From: a virus | Virus record (IMG/VR): IMGVR_UViG_3300029199_000001 | Reading direction: 5' to 3' (one strand) | Length of the DNA stretch: 64,000 nucleotides | Part shown: positions 26,500 to 37,792 of the stretch, in pieces | Numbering within the stretch: the stretch's first letter is position 1 | Layout of the letters: each line of letters opens with the position of its first letter | Notes under the pieces: generated by a model | Databases searched by the model: none | Seen by the model: the letters and a program-made list of their open reading frames with translations, nothing else | Told to the model about the DNA's origin: nothing | Made by a program: the position numbers and the translations under genes

Positions 26500-29400
26500 A
26501 TGCGTTTAAAACAATCGGTCTTTTACCGTCAAACCGGCGTGAGGCAACGCAACCATCTCATGCGCCCTCGCCTGATTCCCATGGAAAAGCTCATTCTACC
26601 GTACGAGGTGGTGTACCACTTCTGGCCGGTGGACACCGCCACCATGGGCCCGAATCCTCAAGACCCCCTGCTCAGCAATGTGAACGGACGACTGTTCATT
26701 GAACACGTCACCGAACTGGACGGACGCGAAGGTAACCCGCGCCGGACTGTACTGAACCCCACCATGTTGCAGAACGAGTTCCGTCGTAAGACCCGGGGTT
26801 TCAAACCCCTGCGTAAGGAACAGGCGCTGACCATCAACACCCGCAACGTGTTGATTGTGAATTACGGCATGCTGTCATCGCTGTATCGGTACATCCCGTC
26901 GTACAAGGTGCCTTACTTCCGCTGGAACAACGTGGCCCAGACGTTCTGGAACCGCGTGGCCGAGGCTGACCGTCGGTTTGGGTGGAACCAGTATTTGGAC
27001 CTGCACCTGCCGGAACGTCTCCCCACCCTGGAAGAGTTCAAACGGGCCAGTCGGACCCTGAACCAGAAGACGTTGGAGTTGTTCAACACCCAGGCGCAGT
27101 TCAACCTGTTGGATCTGTGGCAGTGGATGGGGGAAGAGCGCGAGAAGTCCAACCTGTCTGTACTGTCCGACGACGCTTTGAAGAAGGTCAACTTGCTGGT
27201 CAAACTCAAAGGGTATTTCTTCGTGATCAACCTGGGAGTGTTGGATGACTGGCGGAAAAACCCTGAGGACGATTCCGATACCGGCCTCGACGGTACTCAG
27301 ATGCAGCGGTACTTCCTGCGGTTACTACATGGCCTTCGGGACTTCATGAGTGGTGTAACCACACCCGAAGACAGCGCCGAGGAAGACGACGCTCAGGTTG
27401 GTGAGAACCCTGCCGACCCCAAAGAAACCCAGACGGTTGAGGTGGCTGAAACCGAACCCACTGAGGATGACAGTAAGTCCAAGGCGGACAAGGCCTCGTC
27501 TGTCAGCGAAGACAACGACGACGATTTATTGTTGCCGGAGTTTGAGGACGACGACATCGTGTTGCCTGAACCAGTCAGTGACATTGAAACGCCGGTCTTT
27601 GATTCCAACGAACTTCCCGAACAGCGGGAGCGCGAGTCTGAGAAAACGGTGACCTTGCCGGCTGAGGAAACCGGGCCGGTGGAAAGCATCACTGAGCCGC
27701 CCAGCTTTGAGGAAGGACTGGTTGATGGCATTGCCAAGCGGGCGTTTGAATTGCATGAAGCGGGACTGATGTCCGCCCGTGCGTACGAGCGTACCCTTGA
27801 AGACGCGAAAACGTACCAGTCTCTGAAAGACCCGTACGGCTCCGGCCGGTCGATGTCCGAGATGTTGACGGTCAGTGCTGAGGATTTGGAGCTGCCGGAA
27901 CCCACACCGGTACCGGACACCGACACAATTCCCGACAAGTCCATGCGGGAATCCAAGCTGAAAGGTATCCAACGCAAGTACGTTAAGGACGTACTGAAGA
28001 AAGATGTCATCAGTTCGGTCATGGCCGTCCAAAATCAGGGCGTGGCCATTAAGGACTACACGGTGGAAACGGTTCGCGATACCATGAACCACTATGAGAT
28101 CCATGCCGTGACCTTGAAACCGGTTCGAGGTCGCCAGTCGACCATCCGCTTTCGACTGCCGGTGGTGGACAAAGACGGACGCTTTATTTCCAACGGTGTT
28201 ACTAACCGAATGCGTCTGCAACGGGCCGACGTTCCGATCCGAAAGGTGAACCCGTCTCGGGTGGCGTTGACGTCTTACTACAATAAGACTTTCATCGACC
28301 GTTCCGAACGGAGCGTGAACAACTACGAGAAATGGTTGATCAAACAGATCACGTCTCGTGGCATGGACCCGGAAAACGAAACCATCACCAACCTGAAGCT
28401 GTCGAACGTGTTTGTGAAGACCGAACACCTGCCACGGATCTACAGCTTGTTGGCCAAACGGTTTGTCCGGTTCGACGCCGGGAACTACGAACTCTACTTT
28501 GACTACCAACGACGGGCGGAGCATTTCAAAGACACCTACGGCATTGACGTGGCTGAGGTGGAAACCGATCAGCAGGTGCTGGTGGGTATGTACAACCGCT
28601 ATCCGTTGGTGGTGGACGCGTACAACACCTTTTATGTCATGACTAACGATGGCATGGAGGTCATTGGTACGGTGCACGACCTGCTGGGCATTGACAGTCA
28701 GAAGGCCCCGCTGGAAATCGTGGAAATGGGCATTGCCAACAAAACGTTCCCCATTGGGTTCGTGTTGGCATACCACCTAGGCCTGTCGGAACTGATCAAG
28801 TACCTGGGCTGTGAAGTAAACCGCCTGCGACGTGGTGAGCGACGGCAGACGCAATCCGACGAGTACACGTTGATCTTCGAAGACGAGGTGTTGGTATTCT
28901 CCCGACTGGATCAACGGGCCACCATGGTCTTGGCCGGTCTTAACCGGTACCACCAAACACTGAAGCAATACTCGGTGTGGGACTTTGATCGCAAGGACGT
29001 CTTTTACCGGGTGGTCGAGGATGCCGGTTTGGGCGTTCGTTACCTGCGGGAGATGGACACGTTGTTCCAAGCGTGGGTGGACCCGATCACTCGGGGTCTG
29101 TTGGAAGACATGGGCGAGCCCACCGAGTTCCTACCACTCCTACTGCGGGCCGTGGAATTGCTGCAGACCGATTTCTCACCGGAAGAGGTCAGTGGTGAAT
29201 ACATGCGGTACCGGGGTTACGAGCGTTTGGCGGGCATGGTCTACGGGGAATTGACCCGGGCGGCCAAAACCTTCAACGCCCGTGCCAGTGTGGGGGAGAA
29301 CGCGGTGGAACTGAACCCGCACGCGGTGTGGCAGAAGATCGTCCAAGACCCGTCGGTGGCCATTGTGGAAGACTCCAACCCGATTGCCAACCTGCGCGAG

Positions 29401-29678
29401 CAGGAAGCCATGACGTACCGTGGTGATGGTGGTCGTGGGGCACAGTCCATGGTGGAGAACACCCGGATCTATCACGACAGCGATGTGGGGGTGGTCAGTG
29501 AATCCACCGTGGACTCAGGTGATGTAGGGGTGATTGCTTACCTCTCACCGGACGCCAACATCGAAAACCTGCGCGGCACCACCCGTCGCTTTAATAAAGA
29601 CACGGACGGGGCGACCAAGCTGTTGTCCAGCTCGGCCCTGCTGGCACCCACGGTGGACCACGACGATCCGAAACGGAT
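26500..29678 (+). CDS. rpoB: virion RNA polymerase beta subunit (gp178-like), exon 1
   Basis: YRGDGGR, RIYHDSDVG and SEST-DSGDVG motifs; ends HDDPKRI at the predicted splice site. Confidence 0.88.
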
Positions 29679-31073
29679 TAACAAATAGTCCCTTTCAGGG
29701 GAAACCCTGATCGAAAACTTCCCTAAAACGGAGAACTCTTAATTCTGAACTTCGGTGAAGTTGTTTGACATATGCTATAGGTTTAAAACTTATGGTGTAG
29801 TTATGTTGGACATAAAACCAATTCCTGGTTTCAGTCGTTACGGAGTTACGTCTGACGCTAGGTTATTCAACCTGAAAACCGGAAAACCCTTACGGACGTC
29901 CAGTGATGTTCGTGGTTATCGTTACACTATCTTGGTGAACGATGAAGGCGAACGACAAGGGATAAAGCGTCACCGCGCTGTGGCCCTTGCACATCTTCCA
30001 TTACCCGAAGGTAACTTGGATGAGCATGTGGTTAATCACAAAGACCACATTCCGGGGAACGATTGGAAAGATAACCTTGAGTGGTGTACTCAAAAAGAAA
30101 ACGTCGAACACTGGAAGAACGGGGGTAAGAAAAAAGAATCAATTCCAGTTGACGTAATGGACCATGAAAGTGGTGTTGTTGTTACCTATCCCTCCATTGG
30201 CGTGTGTTCAAAAGCCACCGGTGTTAACCGCTACTCGATACACGGTAGATTGGAACGTGGCTCTGAATGCGTATGGCCGGAGGGTAAGCGTTATCGGGTA
30301 AGTAGTTCCGATCCCTGGCCGCCCGCTGAGAAAATACAGGTTGGTCGTGCTCGACTTGTGTTACTCAAAGATTTAAGAACCAACACCACCACGGTCTATG
30401 AAAAACTTTCCGATGTACTTCCTTACGTAGGTTATAAATTACCTACGGTTTGGACATGGGCCAATGATCATACCCAACCGGTTATACCGGGACTGTACCA
30501 GATTCAGTTTTCCAACAACGCTGTTCCTTGGCGTGAAGTTATTGATGTATTCGAAGAACTTCAAGATGGGATGAACTGTAAGGTAGTTTTCAGTTTCGAC
30601 GCAGATTGGGATTCCCCGATGTGGTATGAATCGGCGGCTGTTTGCTGTAAGGTTAATGGATTAAAACCAACAGCATTGAATTACAGGTTGAGATCAAAAG
30701 GTCAGAAGGTATACAGCGACAATAAACGTTACTGTTACTATTCTGATTTACCCGAAGAGATGAAAAAGACAATCCGTTACGAAATCCCTCCAGAGGGACG
30801 TGTTCAACGGCCATCGAAAGCTGCAGCACCGGAAGGTGCCGAGTGACACTCGTGTAAAGTCGAGTGGTGGTGTAATGACCATTCAAGCAAGTAGAGTAGA
30901 ACCAAGCGGTAGGCGCTCAGCGTGGAATGGTGCTGACGGTAAGACCTTTAAATCGAAACGGGAAGCTCCCTACCAGTTTAAATTGCGGGAGATGAGATGG
31001 TCTGACCTCGTCGGAAACGGCGAGCAGGTGTCTGAGCACACCGGGTACAGGTAGCGACTGTACTGGACAAGTG
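29679..31073 (+). mobile_element. group I intron (1395 nt) with HNH endonuclease ORF
   Basis: P1 GGAU/GUCC with U.G at the 5' splice site; P3 CUUCCC/GGGAAG; P4 AACGG/CCGUU; P7 GGCCAUC/GAUGGUC; terminal G; splicing restores the frame (RIN-FVAIQQQQG). Confidence 0.9.
29755..30846 (+). CDS. intron-encoded HNH homing endonuclease (start may be the ATG at 29803)
   Basis: VVNHKDHIPGNDWKDNLEWCTQKENVEH motif; repeated C-terminal DNA-binding-like modules; AT-rich. Confidence 0.9.
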   Translation: MKLFDICYRFKTYGVVMLDIKPIPGFSRYGVTSDARLFNLKTGKPLRTSSDVRGYRYTILVNDEGERQGIKRHRAVALAHLPLPEGNLDEHVVNHKDHIPGNDWKDNLEWCTQKENVEHWKNGGKKKESIPVDVMDHESGVVVTYPSIGVCSKATGVNRYSIHGRLERGSECVWPEGKRYRVSSSDPWPPAEKIQVGRARLVLLKDLRTNTTTVYEKLSDVLPYVGYKLPTVWTWANDHTQPVIPGLYQIQFSNNAVPWREVIDVFEELQDGMNCKVVFSFDADWDSPMWYESAAVCCKVNGLKPTALNYRLRSKGQKVYSDNKRYCYYSDLPEEMKKTIRYEIPPEGRVQRPSKAAAPEGAE

Positions 31074-32211
31074 TAACTTTGTTGCCATCCAGCAGCAACA
31101 AGGGGTGTTCGCTGACGGGTACGAGCCCACGCCACTGCGGACTGGGTACGAGCAAGTTGTGGCTCATCGCACCAGTGACATCTTCGCTGCGACCGCCGAG
31201 CAAGACGGGAAGGTGGTGAGCGTATCCAAGCAGTCGGTGGTGATTGAATACAAGGATGGTGAAAAGCTTCATGTGGAGTTGGGTAAACGACACGGCACGG
31301 CGGCGGGGGTAACCTACCCGCACGAAGTGGTAACCGACCTGAAAGAAGGCAGTAAGGTCAAAGCTGGGGATATCGTGGCGTACAACAAGAAGTTCTTTAC
31401 CCCCGATCACCTCAACCCAGGCCAGGTGGTATGGAAAGGTGGGGTGATGTGTCGGACCGCTTTGATCGACAACATCGACACCTTGGAAGACGGCTCGGCG
31501 ATTTCGCAAGAAGCGGCGAAGAAGTTGACCACCCAAACTACGGAAACCCGGACGGTGGAAGTTCGGTTCGATCAGTACGTGCACGATTTGGTCAAAGAAG
31601 GCGATCACGTCGACATTGACTCAATCCTATGCACTATTGAAGATCCGGAAACGGCTGAAAATCAGCTGTTCGATGATGCCGCCATGGACACGCTTCGTCG
31701 GTTGTCCGCCATGACGCCCCGGGCTAAGGTGACCGGTACCGTCAGTCGGGTGGAAGTTTTCTACCACGGCGAGTTCGAGGACCTGTCAGAAAACCTGCAA
31801 ACGCTGGCCGTCGCCAGCGATCGGAAACGCAAGCGTCGTGCCAAGGCGCTGGGTGAACCGGCCTTTACCGGTCAGGTGGACACCAGTTTCCGCATTAAGG
31901 GGAAAGCCCTCGACCCGGACACTGTGGCCCTGCGTATCTACATCGATCACGATGTGGGGGCTGCTGTTGGGGATAAGGGTGTATTCGGCAACCAGATGAA
32001 AACGGTGTTCTCGCGGGTCATGACCGGCACCAATACCACCGAGTCTGGAGAACCCATCGACGCCGTCTTCGGCAACACCAGTATTGAGGATCGGATTGTG
32101 CTGTCGCCCAAACTGATGGGCACAACCAATGCGTTGCTCTATGCTCTATCCAAACACATCGCAGCTGTCTATAGAGGAACTACCGATGTCCGAAACAAAG
32201 AGAAGTCTTGA
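31074..32211 (+). CDS. rpoB: virion RNA polymerase beta subunit (gp178-like), exon 2; spliced product 1438 aa
   Basis: TPLRTGYE, AEQDGKV, TLEDGSAIS and VGDKGVFGNQMK beta motifs. Confidence 0.9.
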
Positions 32212-32389
32212 TAGCGCGTACGGTGAGAACCTGGCGGTGATTTCCGCCGGGATCGAACTGGGCGCCAGTGCCCTGCAAAAGGTGATGGGCGGCGATGCCG
32301 CCTCCACCCAGATTGCGGGTGAGACCCAAAGCACCAAAGACATTCAAGAACTGTTGGCCGCGCGGATGGCCAAGCGGTTCGGCGGTTAA
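32186..32389 (+). CDS. hypothetical protein (67 aa, MSETKRS...)
   Basis: GAGGA RBS; overlaps the end of the beta gene. Confidence 0.6.
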   Translation: MSETKRSLDSAYGENLAVISAGIELGASALQKVMGGDAASTQIAGETQSTKDIQELLAARMAKRFGG

Positions 32390-32402
32390 GGAGACCAGTC
32401 AC

Positions 32403-33944
32403 ATGTTTAAACCAACGACTCTCAGCGTTGCTCGTCCGGTGGCTGAAACCCTGACGCAGAACAACATCATTCTGACCCCCAAAGGCAGTCACCTGCCGGT
32501 CGGGGTCATGGCGGATCACTTCCGCATCCCGGTGGACGCCGAATTCAAGCCGTTGAACCCGGGCGACTACGATCGCATCACGGAAATGTTCCGTGAGTAC
32601 CACGAAAGTCCGTCCGAGATGGTTGAAGCCGAGCACGACCGGCTGGTGGATCTGATGGCCCATGGCCTGGAATCCATGCTCAACACCGTGCGTTCCAAAG
32701 TGGTGCCCGTGTGTAAGATGCAGCGTCAACGGTTCGAGGAATCCAGTGACCAGAAGCGTCTGGCCCACATCGAAATCACCCCGTTCAATTACCACGCCAT
32801 TCACAACGAACCGGCCCTGACCGAACACGTGCATAGTTACCACAACATCCGTGGCCGGGACACGTATCGGACGTTCCTGGTCCCAACCCCCAGCGTTGAG
32901 ACCATGATCGAATGGATGTCCCACACCAACCACGTGGACGCGGAGCTGGTGAAGAAGTGGGCGTTGGAAAACGTGGGTGCGGACGACATGGAAGCGGTCT
33001 GGCTGCAGCTGTTCGGCGCGTCACGGGAAATCAACCCACACTCGCTGGACCTGGTGAGCCTGGGTCGGATGCCGTTCAACGTGGACAAACTGCTGGCGGC
33101 GTACTTCATCACCTCGTACCTCTGTGCGAACCCGCAGGAAGTGAACGGCGAAAGCGTGTCACTGGAAGAGTGGGAAGAAACGATGGCGACCCTGCATCGG
33201 TTCTTGGGTGCGTCCCTGTGCCGTGCGTACGAACGTCGGGCGCGGGACCGTCAACGCCAGCGCGTGGTGATCTCCTACGAAGCGGACGATGCGATCCGTC
33301 GTGGTCGGGTGATCGTTCACGTGAACGGCGACGTCTACCCGGACTGGCTGGAACAAGGTGGGGACGTGAAGGTCCTGCTGGGCGCAGCGGTCTCCGAACC
33401 CAACCGTCTGCATGCCAAAGACTTCGAAGGGCGTGAAAACGGGCTGACCCAGGTGTGGGAACGCAAGCATTACCTGATCCGTCAGGCCAAGTTGACCAAC
33501 TACCTGCGTCAGCGTCGGGAAGAGCTGCGGTTCATGTTCCTGCACCCGTCGTACGACGTGAAGGAACTGCTTCCGGAAACCAAGCTGTCGGTGTCCGAAC
33601 TGGAGCAGCGGGTAAACCAGCAGGTGGACGCCCTGCGGGAAGAAGACCTCGACGACATTCCCCGCACCGTGACCCGTCTGGTGTGTGGTATCTATTACCC
33701 AGGCTCCCCGTTCCTGGAATTCCTGGAAACCATGGATCAGGTGGCGCAGGACCACAGCGACCTGCCTCCACGTGAGGTGGCCACGGTTGCGGCCATTGAG
33801 ATGACTGCCTCGTGGTTGTCGTCCCAGGTCACCGCCAACCGGTTCGAAGCTCGCATTGAGCATCAGGAAACACGCCAGCCTGAACCCCAACCTGAGGAAG
33901 AAGGAGCGGTAACGGATGAAGCCCAGGTATCAGAGAGCGCCTGA
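32403..33944 (+). CDS. conserved jumbo-phage protein (gp177-like, 513 aa)
   Basis: ATG at 32403 with AAGGAG; synteny. Confidence 0.65.
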   Translation: MFKPTTLSVARPVAETLTQNNIILTPKGSHLPVGVMADHFRIPVDAEFKPLNPGDYDRITEMFREYHESPSEMVEAEHDRLVDLMAHGLESMLNTVRSKVVPVCKMQRQRFEESSDQKRLAHIEITPFNYHAIHNEPALTEHVHSYHNIRGRDTYRTFLVPTPSVETMIEWMSHTNHVDAELVKKWALENVGADDMEAVWLQLFGASREINPHSLDLVSLGRMPFNVDKLLAAYFITSYLCANPQEVNGESVSLEEWEETMATLHRFLGASLCRAYERRARDRQRQRVVISYEADDAIRRGRVIVHVNGDVYPDWLEQGGDVKVLLGAAVSEPNRLHAKDFEGRENGLTQVWERKHYLIRQAKLTNYLRQRREELRFMFLHPSYDVKELLPETKLSVSELEQRVNQQVDALREEDLDDIPRTVTRLVCGIYYPGSPFLEFLETMDQVAQDHSDLPPREVATVAAIEMTASWLSSQVTANRFEARIEHQETRQPEPQPEEEGAVTDEAQVSESA

Positions 33945-34635
33945 GCGGGTCTGGGAGCGCCTACAAGAGCGTGAAGACGGCGGTGTCTACACAGACACCG
34001 CCTGTAAGATTCACGTCCCTGAGCGCTATCTGACGCGCCATCTGGCGAGCATCGGTAACGAGGTACACATCCTGGGTTTCTTTGCGATCATCATGGAGGA
34101 CTCCTACTATGGAGTCTCCATCACCGACGCGATGATCCGCATTGTGCCCAGCTCGACCGACACGGTTGAGGTAAATGGTGACAATTACCTGGAGTTCAGC
34201 TTTGAACCTGGGGACCGGGTGTTCTACTCCACCGACCTGGTGAAGAACGACACCTTGACGTACTACATTTACGACGAGCACATCGCCAAGGGTCGCATCC
34301 CTTGGTATTTCAACTATTACGATCTGGCCCGCATCTTTGAGACCGCTGAAGAACACGCCGGGGTAAACCTGGGTAACCGCGCCATCCTGGACTTGATTGC
34401 CTCGACCATCGCCCGGGATCGAAACGATTACACCACGTTGTATCGACATGTCTTGAGCAAACCGAAGGACATCGAAACCAACCCACCGGCCATTGTCCCA
34501 TTCCGAAGCGTCATCTGGAACACTTCCGACACGACCAGTAAATTGATCGGGGCGTATTTCGGGGACAGCATCAGCTCAGCCTTGGTCAATCCGAGTGAGC
34601 GGGTCGAACGGATCGAAGAACTGTTAAGGACGTAA
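33916..34635 (+). CDS. conserved jumbo-phage protein (gp176-like, 239 aa)
   Basis: GGAG RBS; synteny upstream of the protease. Confidence 0.65.
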   Translation: MKPRYQRAPERVWERLQEREDGGVYTDTACKIHVPERYLTRHLASIGNEVHILGFFAIIMEDSYYGVSITDAMIRIVPSSTDTVEVNGDNYLEFSFEPGDRVFYSTDLVKNDTLTYYIYDEHIAKGRIPWYFNYYDLARIFETAEEHAGVNLGNRAILDLIASTIARDRNDYTTLYRHVLSKPKDIETNPPAIVPFRSVIWNTSDTTSKLIGAYFGDSISSALVNPSERVERIEELLRT

Positions 34636-34640
34636 TAAAC

Positions 34641-35516
34641 GTGGATATTCAATCATGGTTGACACGCCAGTCAACGAGTTTTAAAGACGGACAACTGGTT
34701 ACCGATATTGTCCAACCTTCCATGGAAGGGTTTTTTGATTTCTTAAAAACAAAGAGAAAGAAACCCGATGTGGACGAAAAGCCTCGAATGAAGGCAGACA
34801 ATGAACAGGCACTTCGATCTAACTACCTGAACGATGGGTGGCTGGATAAACAGTCATACGTCGAAGGTCCGGTGTCGTTTGGTAAAGAGGGTGTTCTGCT
34901 TTTCGATAAGGGTCGTAAACCTAGAAGTGTTTTAGACCTTCTTGAAAAGTCGGTACAGCAACATAAGACCCAGTTGGACGCGCATTACAAAAAAGTGGGC
35001 GATGTTGTCCGGAAAAGCAAAGCAATAATTGGCATCCTGAACAAGCCCAATTGGAAAGATAATCTCACGCCGGCAACTCACATGTGGGTGGGTGGTTATT
35101 TTGATTTGTTTGAAAAACCCATCAAACCAAAACTGAAAGTTGATGCTGGTGGTATCGACCTCAATAAAGGTGACGTTACGTCGATTGAAGCGGTTTACGA
35201 TCTGGCGGTTAAACCGTCTGTTTCCGAACTCCCAACACTCGACAAAAAAGGAGTCAAGCAAGCAGCGCAGTTGATACTCCAGTTGTTCGAGATGAACGAC
35301 CGCGAATTCGAAATGCAGGCAGAAAACTACATGGCGTTTTTCGGAAAGGTCGGTTCAAGTCCCTCTTTCCGAAATCCTGTACCGGTAGGCAACCCGTGGC
35401 ACGAAGAGTTGATCAAAATCGACAAATTCGTCAACCCGGGGTATACCGAACTGTACCTGTGTCGTGACGCATTGATCAAATCCATTGCCAAACTGATCGA
35501 CAAATCAGTAAAGTGA
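34641..35516 (+). CDS. putative internal head protein with SME|G processing site
   Basis: QPSMEGFFDF matches the S/A/G-X-E cleavage motif; AT-rich relative to flanks. Confidence 0.6.
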   Translation: MDIQSWLTRQSTSFKDGQLVTDIVQPSMEGFFDFLKTKRKKPDVDEKPRMKADNEQALRSNYLNDGWLDKQSYVEGPVSFGKEGVLLFDKGRKPRSVLDLLEKSVQQHKTQLDAHYKKVGDVVRKSKAIIGILNKPNWKDNLTPATHMWVGGYFDLFEKPIKPKLKVDAGGIDLNKGDVTSIEAVYDLAVKPSVSELPTLDKKGVKQAAQLILQLFEMNDREFEMQAENYMAFFGKVGSSPSFRNPVPVGNPWHEELIKIDKFVNPGYTELYLCRDALIKSIAKLIDKSVK

Positions 35517-35522
35517 GGATAC

Positions 35523-35750
35523 ATGGTTCAATTCATGAACATTGTCATCGGTTCATTACTAGTACTGCTGTGCGGGCTGGTGTTCATCAGTTACGTGCAC
35601 GATCGGTTCTGGTGGAACGACGGTCACAGCCCGTCGGGACGGCGCTGGATAAACGCGGGTAAAACCAACACCGGCGGGCGGCGGTATCGTGATTTTCGTG
35701 GGTACTCGGTGGTCATTCATTGGCCGATCGATCACCCGCGACGTTATTAA
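35523..35750 (+). CDS. small membrane-anchored protein (75 aa)
   Basis: GAGGA RBS; N-terminal TM segment. Confidence 0.6.
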   Translation: MVQFMNIVIGSLLVLLCGLVFISYVHDRFWWNDGHSPSGRRWINAGKTNTGGRRYRDFRGYSVVIHWPIDHPRRY

Positions 35751-35762
35751 GGAACAACGATT

Positions 35763-36530
35763 ATGACTCAATCACAACGCTCCGTACGCATGGGTTGTAC
35801 CATGCTTCTGGGTACGGAAAAGAAAGGGGTTTTAAAGCCCGACGCTGACGGCTACTACACGGTCGTACTGGGCGCCTACGGGGCCTTCAACAGTATGGGT
35901 ATGTTTTATGACCTGGCCTCGGCCCGACCGTTCTTCCAACCGGGCTCCCCATTGATGCGCATGCTGGAGAAAGGCGTGTTGCGAGGCGAGTACAAGCACC
36001 CGGAAAAACAACCGGGTCAGGACGACCGGGAATACATCGGCCGCATTCGTCAGATCGATTCCGATCGGGTATCTCACCACATTCGGTCCCTGAGGCTCGA
36101 AGAAGGTCACAAGGATGAGAAAGGTCGCCCCATCACGGTGGTGATCGGTGAGGTACGTCCCTCCGGTCCTTACGGCCAAGTCCTGAAAGATGCATTGGAC
36201 AACCCCCACGAGAATGTGTATTTCTCCGTCCGCAGTCTGACCATGGACGACATGATGCGGGGCATCAAATACACCAAGGAAATCGTGACCTGGGACATGG
36301 TCAACGAAGGGGGTATTTTCCGAGCCAACAAGTATTACTCTCCGGCTCTGGAAAGTTTCGACGAAGTGGAAATCACCCCCACCATGTTGTGGTCGCTGGC
36401 GGACGAACAGAAACGTCAACGCGCCATGGGCATGGAATCCAGCGGGACGGACTACGAAGCGCTGGCTAAAGACCTGGGTTGGGACAAGGGCCACAAGCCT
36501 AAGACCAAGCCGGTGTACGATCGTTGGTAA
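35763..36530 (+). CDS. prohead maturation protease (phiKZ gp175-like)
   Basis: LRGEYKHP (His) and FSVRS (Ser) motifs; C-terminal ALE|S and GME|S potential self-cleavage sites. Confidence 0.88.
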   Translation: MTQSQRSVRMGCTMLLGTEKKGVLKPDADGYYTVVLGAYGAFNSMGMFYDLASARPFFQPGSPLMRMLEKGVLRGEYKHPEKQPGQDDREYIGRIRQIDSDRVSHHIRSLRLEEGHKDEKGRPITVVIGEVRPSGPYGQVLKDALDNPHENVYFSVRSLTMDDMMRGIKYTKEIVTWDMVNEGGIFRANKYYSPALESFDEVEITPTMLWSLADEQKRQRAMGMESSGTDYEALAKDLGWDKGHKPKTKPVYDRW

Positions 36531-36551
36531 AAAAAAATACCATCGGTGTGT

Positions 36552-36613
36552 TCCCCTCCCCACAAGGGAGGGGAGTTATGCCGACACGACATAAAGGCAC
36601 CCCGCAGGGTGCC
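36552..36613. terminator. two opposed terminator hairpins between convergent genes
   Basis: TCCCCTCCC/GGGAGGGGA then GTTATGCC; GGCACCC/GGGTGCC preceded by GACATAAA. Confidence 0.75.
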
Positions 36614-36622
36614 GCTATGTGT

Positions 36623-37684
36623 TTACACCAATGCAATGCCTGGGTACATGGTTCGCAGTAGGTTGGTGGTGGTACGCTCCGGAAAGAACTGAGCGGTGAT
36701 CGCTGGGGACCGATACGTTTCATCGCTGCTCAACAACTCCCGTGCATCGTCACTGATGCGTACCAAAGTGGCCAAATTCCAAACGTCTTGGCCGGCTCGT
36801 TGTGTCCAGAACCAATTGGGTTGGAGACGGTCCATACACCACACCAGTTGGGTCAACAGCTCGGGGTAATCCGCCGGAGTGGTCTTGGCTTTGAACTGGT
36901 ACATCTGAAGCACCTGTTGGGGCAAGCGCGGGTTCTCAGCAACCAATGCCGACGCCCCAACGTTCTTGATGGCACTTTCCACCATGTCGATGTTTCCAGC
37001 CCGCACCAGTTTACTGGCGCTGCGCCGAGCCACTTCCCGTCGAAGATCGTCGTCTTTGATTTTCTTCAGGGTTTCGTCGATCAGTTCAGGCACACCCCAT
37101 TCAGCCATCTTCTCAATGGCACCGTGAAGGACCGCTGCATGGGCACCCAGATCAGATCCCTGAACCAAAGGGTGACCGGTGACGTCGCTGACCATGTCCA
37201 TCACACTCTGAGCGCTGTCCGGATCAACGTTGGTCAGCTTCTTAACCTCTTCCGCCCCATCGGTAATGTTTTTCTCGACGATCTTGTACGCTTTGTAGTA
37301 GTTCCCTTCGCTGCCAGGAACGTTCAGCATACTCCCTTCTTGGATGTCGCCGAGAATGACTTTACTGACGTCTTCCCCAACCTTATCCAAAGCTGGTTTC
37401 GAACCCTTTAGTGCTCCACGCACGTTCTGTTCGGCTTGCTTGGGATCGATCCCTTGGTCTCGGGCCCAGTCCTCAGCTTTTCCTTTGTATTCCTCGCCAA
37501 AGTCTTTCGCTTTCTCAACGTACCCTTTGGCAGCCCCGAACGCGTTGTTCAACGAATCGGTGAATGCACTGTTTTCACTTTGGTAGTTGTTGCGTCGTTC
37601 CGGGTCACGCACTCCGTAGACGTCAACCGCTTCAAGGTCGTCGCTGGGACCACCATTGAACGCCGTATTTGCTGGTTTACTCAT
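36623..37684 (-). CDS. virion structural protein (gp174-like, 353 aa)
   Basis: Size and synteny next to the protease. Confidence 0.55.
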   Translation of the reverse strand: MSKPANTAFNGGPSDDLEAVDVYGVRDPERRNNYQSENSAFTDSLNNAFGAAKGYVEKAKDFGEEYKGKAEDWARDQGIDPKQAEQNVRGALKGSKPALDKVGEDVSKVILGDIQEGSMLNVPGSEGNYYKAYKIVEKNITDGAEEVKKLTNVDPDSAQSVMDMVSDVTGHPLVQGSDLGAHAAVLHGAIEKMAEWGVPELIDETLKKIKDDDLRREVARRSASKLVRAGNIDMVESAIKNVGASALVAENPRLPQQVLQMYQFKAKTTPADYPELLTQLVWCMDRLQPNWFWTQRAGQDVWNLATLVRISDDARELLSSDETYRSPAITAQFFPERTTTNLLRTMYPGIALV

Positions 37685-37761
37685 GAGCGAACCCCATGTA
37701 GTGTCTGATTGATAAAGGTCATACGATGAGACCCACCAAAAAAGAAAAGGCGGTATAAAAG

Positions 37762-37782
37762 CCCTCCCCTGTATGGGGAGGG
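37762..37782 (-). terminator. hairpin terminator
   Basis: CCCTCCCC/GGGGAGGG with AAAA on the left flank. Confidence 0.65.
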
Positions 37783-37792
37783 TTGGCTTCTA

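Noticed and set aside
27393-28776. Long antisense ORFs within RNAP beta (and similar ones opposite most large genes)
   Set aside because: Shadow ORFs from codon bias opposite well-supported genes.
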